Notes under the pieces: model-generated
What the model was told of the DNA's origin: nothing
What the model saw: the letters and a program-made list of their open reading frames with translations, nothing else
The model's database searches: none
Part shown: piece after piece, positions 1 to 7,162 of the stretch
Position numbering within the stretch: position 1 is the first letter of the stretch
Layout: every line of letters begins with the position of its first letter
Origin: an uncultured Erysipelotrichaceae bacterium
Lineage (GTDB): Bacteria > Bacillota_I > Bacilli_A > Erysipelotrichales > Erysipelotrichaceae
Reading direction: 5' to 3'
Assembly (NCBI GenBank): GCA_964457525.1
Contig: CAYWGS010000062.1
Coordinates: forward strand, 1 to 8,529
DNA length: 8,529 nt
Program-made: the position numbers and the translations under genes

Positions 1-1218
1 TGTTCTATGTTTTGTTAGTAATGGTACAAACGATGTGCCATTTTGTGGTTTATCGACATTGAAGTAATCACACACGGAAGCCCCAATGTCAGACAATGAT
101 TTTCTTAATCCAATTTCTACCCCTTGAACATTTCCATACTTGATGAGTAGAGGAACATTTTCACGGGTATGACGGTTATGTCCGATGTTCGGATCATTTC
201 CATGGTCTGCCATTACGACGAAGATATCATCGGGTCCTAAGAGTTCAAGAATATCGCCAATCTTCTTATCGGATATTTCGAGTAATTCTTTGTACCATTT
301 AGAGTTTTGACTATGACCGGCTAAGTCTGTTTCTTGTACGTTTGTACAAATGAAACCTTCTTGCATATCTTTGATTTCTTGAATGGTTAAATCAAGAACA
401 TCACTGGTATTCACACAGGAAACGAGTTTCCCTAAATCATTTGCGACAATATCCGCTACTTTTCCGAATAGGGATACATTGACTCCAGCTTTCGTTAGGA
501 TGGTTGGGGCTTGAACTTTTTCATTCACTCCATACCCTAGATGACGACATTGATAGCCTTCATTGTAGGACTTTGATTTAACCGCATGAATACCGATGAA
601 TCGTCCTTCACGAGTTTCTTCAGCGTTTAGTATATCTTGAATCGTTGTGTTTGTACCACCAAATGGTATAACACGATTCACAGTTACGACTTCTCTTACT
701 TGTCGTCCAATCTCTAATTCTTTCTCAAATGACATGAAATCAAGTGCAGCAGTAACATTGTATGCCATACCTAAGTCGGCATCGATGTTATCACCAACGG
801 TGCAATAATCATCTACGAGTAAGTATCTTAAATCACCGTTGGATCGAATTTCTACTTTATGGCCTAGTTTAGTTAAATGTTCATACACAACATCTACTTT
901 TTCTTGGAAGGGTTGGAATAAAGGTTTTAATGGGTTTGTGCCCATGATTTCTTGATGACCCATAAAGGTATCTGCACCATAGTGCATGAGTTCACTCTTA
1001 CCAAAGTTTGCGGTTGGTGATTTCTTCATGTTTAAGGATTCTTTACCATACGCATTCATTAAACCTAACTTCTCTAAATTAGGTAATTTCAAATCTGGAA
1101 AATCATGTAAGATACTACCTAACGTGTTACTGACTTCATCCCCTGGTCGTACAACACTCGCATCTGCGGTTGCGCCTATTCCAAATCCATCTAATACTAC
1201 TACAATAAATCGTTTCAT
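1..1218 (-). CDS. yhfW: YhfW-like metallo-phosphomutase of the phosphopentomutase (DeoB) / alkaline-phosphatase superfamily. It is truncated at the 3' end by the window edge: 406 codons are visible and there is no stop.
   Basis: This gene is absent from the supplied track. I translated the minus strand by hand from the ATG at 1218..1216, and it stays open through base 1: MKRFIVVVLDGFGIGATADASVVRPGDEV...HYGADTFMGHQEIMGTNPLKP...NVQETDLAGHSQNSKWY...FVVMADHGNDPNIGHNRHTRENVPLLIKYG...SFVPLLTKHRT. The DeoB-type landmarks are all present: the N-terminal metal Asp (VLDGFG, D10), a candidate phospho-acceptor Thr in GADT (T84), DxxGH, ADHGNDP and HTRE. The start overlaps the yhfX stop in an ATGA arrangement (1215..1218). 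E. coli YhfW is about the same length, so only a few codons should be missing. Confidence 0.85.
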   Translation of the reverse strand, partial: MKRFIVVVLDGFGIGATADASVVRPGDEVSNTLGSILHDFPDLKLPNLEKLGLMNAYGKESLNMKKSPTANFGKSELMHYGADTFMGHQEIMGTNPLKPLFQPFQEKVDVVYEHLTKLGHKVEIRSNGDLRYLLVDDYCTVGDNIDADLGMAYNVTAALDFMSFEKELEIGRQVREVVTVNRVIPFGGTNTTIQDILNAEETREGRFIGIHAVKSKSYNEGYQCRHLGYGVNEKVQAPTILTKAGVNVSLFGKVADIVANDLGKLVSCVNTSDVLDLTIQEIKDMQEGFICTNVQETDLAGHSQNSKWYKELLEISDKKIGDILELLGPDDIFVVMADHGNDPNIGHNRHTRENVPLLIKYGNVQGVEIGLRKSLSDIGASVCDYFNVDKPQNGTSFVPLLTKHRT

Positions 1219-2369
1219 AATTCAGCTCCTAAACTATTAAAGAGACCCAGTATTTCTGGTTTTCCACTTTGAATTCCCTTAACAATACATACTGTACTCC
1301 GTGTCACAAAGATTTGGAATCGAAATGCCATGAGGACAGTATCATTAATTTTCAAGTTATCACTTAATCCAAAGTGATAATCGATACTATCGAGATCAGG
1401 GGGTAAAACCTTCGTCATTTGTGCATGATTTAAATCAGTCCCAACCAATGCATTTTCCACATGAGATCGACGATAATGTCCTCCACCATAACAGAATGAT
1501 TTCTGATTAAGCGTGTGAGAAACTTCACTCACATAGACAACCGCAGGAATTTCTACTCCATCTTTAATCGCATGTAGAGGTGTTGTACCACTTAAACCAT
1601 GTCCGGGTTCTCCACTGTTTACTGGATATTTTGCCATCTCTTCGATGGTTTCAACACAGGTTGTGGAAGGTGCATTTAGATTTTCAATACTTATGCCAAG
1701 TTTTTCCACAATCGTTTTGGCTCTTAGAATGGTATTCAAATTCTCTGTGGGTTCATTCTTTTGAGTTGTTTCGTTGTATAAGAAACACGGGAAAGAGGTT
1801 AACCCTTTAATATCAATGTGTTCAAGTTTCTTGAGATCATGGACCACATGTTCTAACTCATCAATATGAAATCCAGCGTGTTGACCGCTATAGATACGAT
1901 CTTGATCACTGATAATCCGTAACATGACTTTTTGTTTACGATTTGTATTCACTAAACATGCGTTGATATCTTGTGCTTTTTCAATGGAATAGAGGGTAAC
2001 ATATTCACATCCGTAATCCACTAATTGTTTTAATAAAGCTTTAGGTGGTTGAACTAAATGTCCTACATTTGAGATCGGCACATTGTGTTCCATATAAATC
2101 TTCGCTTCATTGAAATCCACCGCAACCGCTCCAGAATAACCAAGTTTGATAAGTTCTTTTGCGATGATTGGGTTTCTGCCCAACTGCTTTAACATGAAAT
2201 ACATCTTGAGATCATGTTTCTGTGCAGATTCAATAATATGTTTCGCATTCGCTAATAAAGCATCTAAATCAATCACATAGGTATCAGGTAGAATGAGTCC
2301 TTTTTGATGTAAATCGAAACATGTTTGTACTAATGCAGGATTTCTGCGTATTGTCTTTTCTAGGAACAT
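1215..2369 (-). CDS. yhfX: YhfX-like PLP-dependent enzyme, fold type III (alanine racemase N-terminal / ODC-like barrel). Substrate unknown.
   Basis: 384-aa ORF. The N-terminal region DLKMYFMLKQLGRNP resembles the fold-type-III PLP-lysine motif (Y/F-A-x-K-x-N), which makes K61 the candidate PLP lysine. The length and the adjacency to the yhfW-like gene match the E. coli yhfX-yhfW pair. The SD AAGGGTG lies upstream of the ATG. The start overlaps the yhfS stop by 10 nt. Confidence 0.82.
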   Translation of the reverse strand: MFLEKTIRRNPALVQTCFDLHQKGLILPDTYVIDLDALLANAKHIIESAQKHDLKMYFMLKQLGRNPIIAKELIKLGYSGAVAVDFNEAKIYMEHNVPISNVGHLVQPPKALLKQLVDYGCEYVTLYSIEKAQDINACLVNTNRKQKVMLRIISDQDRIYSGQHAGFHIDELEHVVHDLKKLEHIDIKGLTSFPCFLYNETTQKNEPTENLNTILRAKTIVEKLGISIENLNAPSTTCVETIEEMAKYPVNSGEPGHGLSGTTPLHAIKDGVEIPAVVYVSEVSHTLNQKSFCYGGGHYRRSHVENALVGTDLNHAQMTKVLPPDLDSIDYHFGLSDNLKINDTVLMAFRFQIFVTRSTVCIVKGIQSGKPEILGLFNSLGAEL

Positions 2370-3466
2370 TCTTTCACCCTTTTAATACTTTCTACTAATA
2401 TACGAATAACGGTATCCGAACCTGAACGCATCGGATTAATACGAATCATACGATGTCTTAGACTTGGATCACTGTTAATAAATGTCTGACTTACACGATA
2501 GAACAATGGAACAATCTCATACTTCGATTCAGCCCCAACAGGATTCGGTGCTGCACCAAGTTTTTGTGCTTCGATCAGTACTTCTTGTGCAATATCTTCA
2601 TGGAATTCTACCAATAATACTTTAGATTGCGCATTGGCTAAAAAGACAGATTTAACCCCTTCAATGTTCATCGCTTGTATACGTTGTACGAGTTTCTCAT
2701 TTTCTTCTGCTTGAACCGCAAAAGAAACTGGGGCATAGACTAATCCACGTAAGACTTCCATGGCTTGGAAACCTTGGATCTTACCCCCACCGGAGTAATT
2801 CATTTTATCCACATATTCAATCACTTCTTTTTTACCGACTAAGATACCTACACCTTCAGGCCCGAGTAGTTTGAACGAAGAGAATGCGGACACATCTGCA
2901 CCGAGTTCTACTCCAATCTTACTGACCTTCATAACAGCGTAGTTATCATCGGTAATAATTGGTATATTTTGGACTGATTTAATGCGATCAATCACTTCTT
3001 TCATATCGTAATGATCATCCATTTTTTGACGGGTATATTGGATAAGTGCCGCATCAAATGTATGATTTTTGAGTACATTTAATAAATCATTTGAATCATT
3101 AAAATCTGCTTCAATACAGTTAATATTTAAACTCTCTAAACTTACCTTTGTCGTTGGATAGATGGGTGCCTTATGAATTAATAGAGTAGAGTTTGGTTTG
3201 AGTAGTGCTTGTAGACCCCAACGAATCGCACCTGTTCCTGCACCAGTTACTAAAAGTGCCTTTTCGACATTAAAGTAAGCTGCTAGAACTTTTTCTACTT
3301 TTTCGGTTTGTGTTGGTTTGTTTATCGAACCTGTAACCCCTAAATCCCCTAGATTTAAGAACTCAGATCCTGGAAACACCTTACAAATCTCATCCACAAG
3401 TCTGAATTGTTTTTCTTTTGCCTCTTCGATACTGATGGATTGTAATGGATATGTAAGCATAGTCAA
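2360..3466 (-). CDS. yhfS: YhfS-like fold-type-I PLP enzyme with a SelA/DgaE-like active-site segment.
   Basis: 368-aa ORF. The segment ADVSAFSSFKLLGPEGVGILVGKKEVI closely resembles the SelA-family PLP-lysine segment (FSGDKLLGGPQAGIIVGKK, as I recall it). That makes K199 (codon 2870..2872, AAA) the candidate Schiff-base lysine. The glycine-rich VTGAGTGAI and the ITDDNYAV Asp motif fit fold type I. A strong SD GAGGAGG lies 6 nt upstream of the ATG at 3466. Confidence 0.82.
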   Translation of the reverse strand: MTMLTYPLQSISIEEAKEKQFRLVDEICKVFPGSEFLNLGDLGVTGSINKPTQTEKVEKVLAAYFNVEKALLVTGAGTGAIRWGLQALLKPNSTLLIHKAPIYPTTKVSLESLNINCIEADFNDSNDLLNVLKNHTFDAALIQYTRQKMDDHYDMKEVIDRIKSVQNIPIITDDNYAVMKVSKIGVELGADVSAFSSFKLLGPEGVGILVGKKEVIEYVDKMNYSGGGKIQGFQAMEVLRGLVYAPVSFAVQAEENEKLVQRIQAMNIEGVKSVFLANAQSKVLLVEFHEDIAQEVLIEAQKLGAAPNPVGAESKYEIVPLFYRVSQTFINSDPSLRHRMIRINPMRSGSDTVIRILVESIKRVKECS

Positions 3467-3472
3467 CCTCCT

Positions 3473-4462
3473 CTATTGGTTATATTTTGGTGTGAAATAG
3501 AGATCTAAATCTCTAAAATAACGTTCAACTAATTCATCTTTCTCTGATACTAATTCTTTCGCAACACTTAAGAGTTTCGCAATCTTCTCAGGTTTAGACT
3601 CTGAGATGAGTAAATACGCTTGAGCCAATTCTTTCTTAGGGATACAGATTGCGGTCGCATTGGCCATATTCACCACTCGACAATAACCCTTTTTAGCTTC
3701 TTTCTGAATTTCTTTGGTTGTTTCATCGAAATGACCAAACACGGTATCTCCAAATCCAAAGAGATCAATCGGTCCTTCATTTGTAATCATCATATCGCAT
3801 TGTGGAAGAGTTTGACGTAAGAACAGTATCAGTCCATCTCTTTCGCCTAGTGCGTCTATCATTTCAATGGCTTGTGTTTCAAATGGATAAATATTGTTAT
3901 CCGAATGAGAGACAAATATCTTAGATGAATCTATACTCTTTGGAAGCGTTAACGTATCTTCAATGATTTCAGTTAATAATTCATAGGTATAGGTCATATA
4001 CCCAATCGATGGTTTAAATGGAATCCCATCCGTCGATACTTTCTTAAATTGATTCATGTACTCTGAATCGATTAAGGGAGAAACAAAACCAAACAAGTTA
4101 AGTGACATCGCAGGCGCTAGAACAGAGCCTCCACCATCAACACCAATTCCAATATCATTGATGCCTAGAAATACATTAATGGCAGTTCCACTACTTGAAC
4201 CTGTCATGTATCGACCTGTGATTGGATTGATGAGTTGAAGATCAATCGCTCTACCACCAAAAGAAGATTTATCTAAGGTATGGTGTTGATACTTATGGGT
4301 TTGTTCGAGGGATTGAATAAACTGTTGATTGACTTGTTTAACATTCTTCACACCCAATAACTTGATGGAGTCTTCCATCTCTTTAACATCCAATACGATT
4401 GAATCGACAGACTTATAAGGATTAATTTGGGCGACCGATGTCATCTTCATTAAACGTTTCAT
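3473..4462 (-). CDS. Compact divergent amidase-signature (AS) family protein, a putative amidohydrolase.
   Basis: 329-aa ORF. The core TGSSSGTAINVFLGINDIGIGVDGGGSVLAPAMSLNLFGFVSP aligns by eye to the AS consensus GGSSGGSAAAVAAG...[24 protein letters not shown]. Candidate cis-Ser is S90 and candidate nucleophile is S113. It is much shorter than typical AS enzymes. The SD GGAG lies inside the php 3' end, and only 2 nt separate the php stop from this ATG. Confidence 0.72.
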   Translation of the reverse strand: MKRLMKMTSVAQINPYKSVDSIVLDVKEMEDSIKLLGVKNVKQVNQQFIQSLEQTHKYQHHTLDKSSFGGRAIDLQLINPITGRYMTGSSSGTAINVFLGINDIGIGVDGGGSVLAPAMSLNLFGFVSPLIDSEYMNQFKKVSTDGIPFKPSIGYMTYTYELLTEIIEDTLTLPKSIDSSKIFVSHSDNNIYPFETQAIEMIDALGERDGLILFLRQTLPQCDMMITNEGPIDLFGFGDTVFGHFDETTKEIQKEAKKGYCRVVNMANATAICIPKKELAQAYLLISESKPEKIAKLLSVAKELVSEKDELVERYFRDLDLYFTPKYNQ

Positions 4463-4464
4463 AT

Positions 4465-5331
4465 TTACTCCGCAAAAATGATTTCTGGATTCGTAATCAA
4501 CATTTGTTCAATCGATGATTCTTTCATACCTGCTTTACGTAATTCTGGAATGAAGTGGGTAAATAAGTAATTGTATCCAATCCCACCTTTATAGTTTAGG
4601 TGTGATTTACGAGTTAAATCTTCGGATAATACAACACCATGAATTCGATTCGTCTTCTCAAGTTCGAGTAAGAACTCTATACGTTTTTCATCTGGGAAGT
4701 AATCATTTTTACCAATCGTATCAAATCCAACAAAGAAACCAAGATCAATGACTTGTTTAATCACATCTAAGTCTTTGGATAAATCCATGTGACCAATAAC
4801 AATTCGCTTTGGATCAAGTTTCTTAGAAACAAAATAATGAGCTTGTTCAAGACCTAAGGTACCAATGGTTGTATGAGTGTAGATCGGTTTCTTCGTAGCT
4901 TGATGAGCAATGATCGCAGCTTCAAATACCGCTAACTCTTCTTTCTTCCATTCGTTTAAACTGGTTCCAATTTCACCGATAATGCCAATACTCGAATCGT
5001 TTCGAATATCGTTAATCATTTCATCTGCGATTTCTTGAACGGATTTATTCGCTAAATCACTCGGTAAGAAAGGTACTTTATAGAATCCAGTAGCTTGAAT
5101 GATATTAATCCCTGACTCCTGTGCAATCTTTTCCACATAGTGCCGGTTTAATCCCATTCCACGATTGGTTACATCGACGATATTACGTACACCATTACGA
5201 TAGAGTTCCTTGAATTCTACAAGTGTTTCATCGTAGCAGTCGAGTCGACAGTCAAGATCGTTTTTGACGCCTGAGAGGTCGATGGTAATGTGTTCATGCA
5301 TTAAGGTATAGCCTTTAATGAGTTTTGTCAT
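4465..5331 (-). CDS. php: Phosphotriesterase-homology protein (Php). Amidohydrolase superfamily, COG1735, binuclear-metal hydrolase.
   Basis: 288-aa ORF that is collinear by eye with E. coli Php. The N-terminus GYTLMHEHITIDLSG carries the HxH metal ligands (H12, H14). IIGEIGTS supplies a bridging Glu (E120) in place of the carbamylated Lys of true phosphotriesterases. YTHTT (H153), IGHMD (H181) and LSEDLTR (D238) are each offset by about 5 residues from the E. coli ligand numbering as I recall it. Confidence 0.92.
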   Translation of the reverse strand: MTKLIKGYTLMHEHITIDLSGVKNDLDCRLDCYDETLVEFKELYRNGVRNIVDVTNRGMGLNRHYVEKIAQESGINIIQATGFYKVPFLPSDLANKSVQEIADEMINDIRNDSSIGIIGEIGTSLNEWKKEELAVFEAAIIAHQATKKPIYTHTTIGTLGLEQAHYFVSKKLDPKRIVIGHMDLSKDLDVIKQVIDLGFFVGFDTIGKNDYFPDEKRIEFLLELEKTNRIHGVVLSEDLTRKSHLNYKGGIGYNYLFTHFIPELRKAGMKESSIEQMLITNPEIIFAE

Positions 5332-5356
5332 GGATTGAATCCCTTTCTTAAAGTAA

Positions 5357-5385
5357 AGAGTGAAGTGAATTGTTCACTTCACTCT
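5357..5385 (-). terminator. Intercistronic stem-loop between yhfT and php. It could be a weak or partial intrinsic terminator, or an mRNA processing or stability element.
   Basis: A perfect 13-bp inverted repeat: AGAGTGAAGTGAA (5357..5369), loop TTG, then TTCACTTCACTCT (5373..5385). On the transcribed (minus) strand the stem is followed by TTACTTTAA, which is only a poor U-tract. The stem is AT-rich (5 G/C pairs out of 13). Confidence 0.35.
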
Positions 5386-5415
5386 ATTATTCATGTATTC
5401 AATAATTGTTGTGGC

Positions 5416-6735
5416 TTAACCAACTGGGATTAAAGCAACAAGTTTAACGATGATTAATAAGTTTAGAAGGATACCAAATGCGATGGTAGCAACTGGGCCG
5501 ATTGCTAGTTCAACGATAGGCTTCTTAGACATACGGTTAAGTAATAGAACAGCGATAACGAATAGAGCACCGATGCCACTAAGGCCAACTGCTGCAGACA
5601 TTGTTTCAGCCGCAACAACAGCTCCGACTAATAATGCGACTTCAAGAACTTTATTCATAGAAGTACGAATGTGTTCACCCATGTCTTTAACGCCTGGGAA
5701 TCTATCCATACCTTTAGCAAATACGTTGATAAGTAATAATTCAACAACCATAACAGCTGCGCCAGCGATGCCTGCAAATAATGGATTGCCATGTAGTGCT
5801 AGACCAACTGCGAAGACAAAGGTAACCCCTGCAGGTCCATAAACACCTGTAACGATTGCGGTTGTGAAGACAAGTGGAATAAACCCAATTGCTCGTGTGA
5901 ATGCGGCTAAAGCAGCTTCAGAATAAGAACCAGCGGCTAATAATGCGAGAGATGCTGGGTCACCTGCAACGATTGAAAGAGATGTTGCGGCCGCAAGTAA
6001 TCCACCCATAACCGCTAATAGAGGCCAATTCTTACGAATACGAGCTACTTTTTCAGAGAAAACACTTACTAATGTTGTATTGGAATCTGTGCTTTCAACC
6101 TTTTGAGTTGCCGCATAGAATAACATTGTGATTGTTCCAGCTAACATTGCCATACCTTCACCATTGAGTGAGATCTTGAAATCTCCAACCATGAAGATAC
6201 CGAATTTTTTAACTAAGAAATAAACTAGAACCGTAATAACACCAGAGATAATCCCCTTTTTCATGCCATGTTGGTAACCAACAGCGACAGCTGGGAAAAT
6301 AGCGAATACGACTGTAACATATTTGGATACACCACCTAATGCACTTAAGAAGTTATAAGGTAATGCCGCGAATAATTGAACGATAAATTCTAGTCCAACA
6401 AGGATACCAATACCGTAGACTGCACCGATAACTCCTGCAGCGATTGTGCCTTTGAATGTATCAGGGCACCAAGTACCGATAATATCGGTTGTTAGTAATA
6501 AACTGTGGATTAAGATGATGGTAGCAGCGATGGATGTTGGAATACCAAATCCGACCACTAAACCAAAACTGATAGCGAAACTCATTGCCGCTAATTCTTT
6601 ACGGCCAATCTTTCCTTCTAAGTATTGAGGAACGATTGGTCTGAAACCGTCGTTAAATACAGCGATTCCTTTGTTTGCCAAAACGGATGCTAGTGCGCCA
6701 ATTGCCGCAATAACAATGTAGTTAAGAAATTCCAT
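5416..6735 (-). CDS. yhfT: YhfT-like polytopic inner-membrane protein, a putative permease.
   Basis: 439-aa ORF that is hydrophobic almost throughout, with many Gly/Ala/Val/Ile-rich helices such as IVIAAIGALASVLA, FAISFGLVVGFGIP and GIGALFVIAVLLL. Its size and its position directly after the DUF2620 gene match E. coli yhfU-yhfT. A strong SD AAGGAGA lies upstream, and there is a 3-nt gap from the yhfU stop. Confidence 0.85.
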   Translation of the reverse strand: MEFLNYIVIAAIGALASVLANKGIAVFNDGFRPIVPQYLEGKIGRKELAAMSFAISFGLVVGFGIPTSIAATIILIHSLLLTTDIIGTWCPDTFKGTIAAGVIGAVYGIGILVGLEFIVQLFAALPYNFLSALGGVSKYVTVVFAIFPAVAVGYQHGMKKGIISGVITVLVYFLVKKFGIFMVGDFKISLNGEGMAMLAGTITMLFYAATQKVESTDSNTTLVSVFSEKVARIRKNWPLLAVMGGLLAAATSLSIVAGDPASLALLAAGSYSEAALAAFTRAIGFIPLVFTTAIVTGVYGPAGVTFVFAVGLALHGNPLFAGIAGAAVMVVELLLINVFAKGMDRFPGVKDMGEHIRTSMNKVLEVALLVGAVVAAETMSAAVGLSGIGALFVIAVLLLNRMSKKPIVELAIGPVATIAFGILLNLLIIVKLVALIPVG

Positions 6736-6738
6736 GCA

Positions 6739-7119
6739 TTAATTCTCCTTTTCTCTTTTGCTTAAAATAGCATTTAGTAATATTGGTAATACTTTCTCAG
6801 TGTGTTGATCCACAAAGCCGAATGCTTTTTTGCCCTCATTCACTGCTTTGATAATCTCTTCATCTGCGAAAATTTTGCCTGGCATCGATATTGTTTTACA
6901 GAGGTCCATGCCGAGTAGTGCCATAGCCATGGCAAGTGCACCTCCACCGCCTGTATTACAAGCGCCAACATAATAATCGAAATTCCCTTTCTTTAGAGCA
7001 TTCACTGCTTCAAGATCGTTCTTAATTTCAAGATACACATTGGATTCGCCCAAGTATCGTTGAATGAAATTGTAGATCTCTTGCTTGTTAACCTGCCCAC
7101 CAATCACAATTCTTAACAT
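6739..7119 (-). CDS. yhfU: YhfU-like small soluble protein (DUF2620 family).
   Basis: 126-aa ORF: MLRIVIGGQVNKQEI...FDYYVGACNTGGGGALAMAMALLG.... It has a predicted N-terminal beta-strand and a Cys/Gly-rich loop (C54, codon 6958..6960 TGT). The size and the pairing with yhfT match E. coli. A strong SD GGGAGGA lies upstream. Confidence 0.78.
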   Translation of the reverse strand: MLRIVIGGQVNKQEIYNFIQRYLGESNVYLEIKNDLEAVNALKKGNFDYYVGACNTGGGGALAMAMALLGMDLCKTISMPGKIFADEEIIKAVNEGKKAFGFVDQHTEKVLPILLNAILSKREKEN

Positions 7120-7162
7120 CGTATTCCTCCCTTCATCGTTTTTCTATCTATTGTTAGGATGA

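Noticed and set aside
1-2369. Housekeeping assignments: deoB (nucleoside salvage phosphopentomutase) for 1..1218 and alr (alanine racemase) for 1215..2369.
   Set aside because: The two genes overlap (ATGA) and sit inside a php/yhf-type operon. No deoA, deoC or deoD genes and no cell-wall genes are nearby. The sequences match only at the superfamily-motif level. Calling them YhfW-like and YhfX-like, substrate unknown, is safer.
4465-5331. Php read as an organophosphate-degrading phosphotriesterase, meaning a xenobiotic or pesticide resistance gene.
   Set aside because: The bridging ligand position carries Glu (IIGEIGTS), as in E. coli Php, not the carbamylated Lys of true phosphotriesterases. 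To my knowledge the Php subgroup lacks meaningful phosphotriesterase activity. The operon context also argues for a metabolic hydrolase.
986-6628. Seven plus-strand ORFs in the track: 986..1240, 1580..1810, 3318..3500, 3620..3820, 4056..4238, 5450..5842 and 6446..6628.
   Set aside because: Each one lies wholly antisense to a long minus-strand gene with clear family motifs. None has a convincing SD. Their products are low-complexity or compositionally odd; for example, the 130-aa ORF is the Ala/Thr/Pro-rich mirror of the Gly/Ala/Val-rich membrane protein. They are shadow ORFs, not genes.
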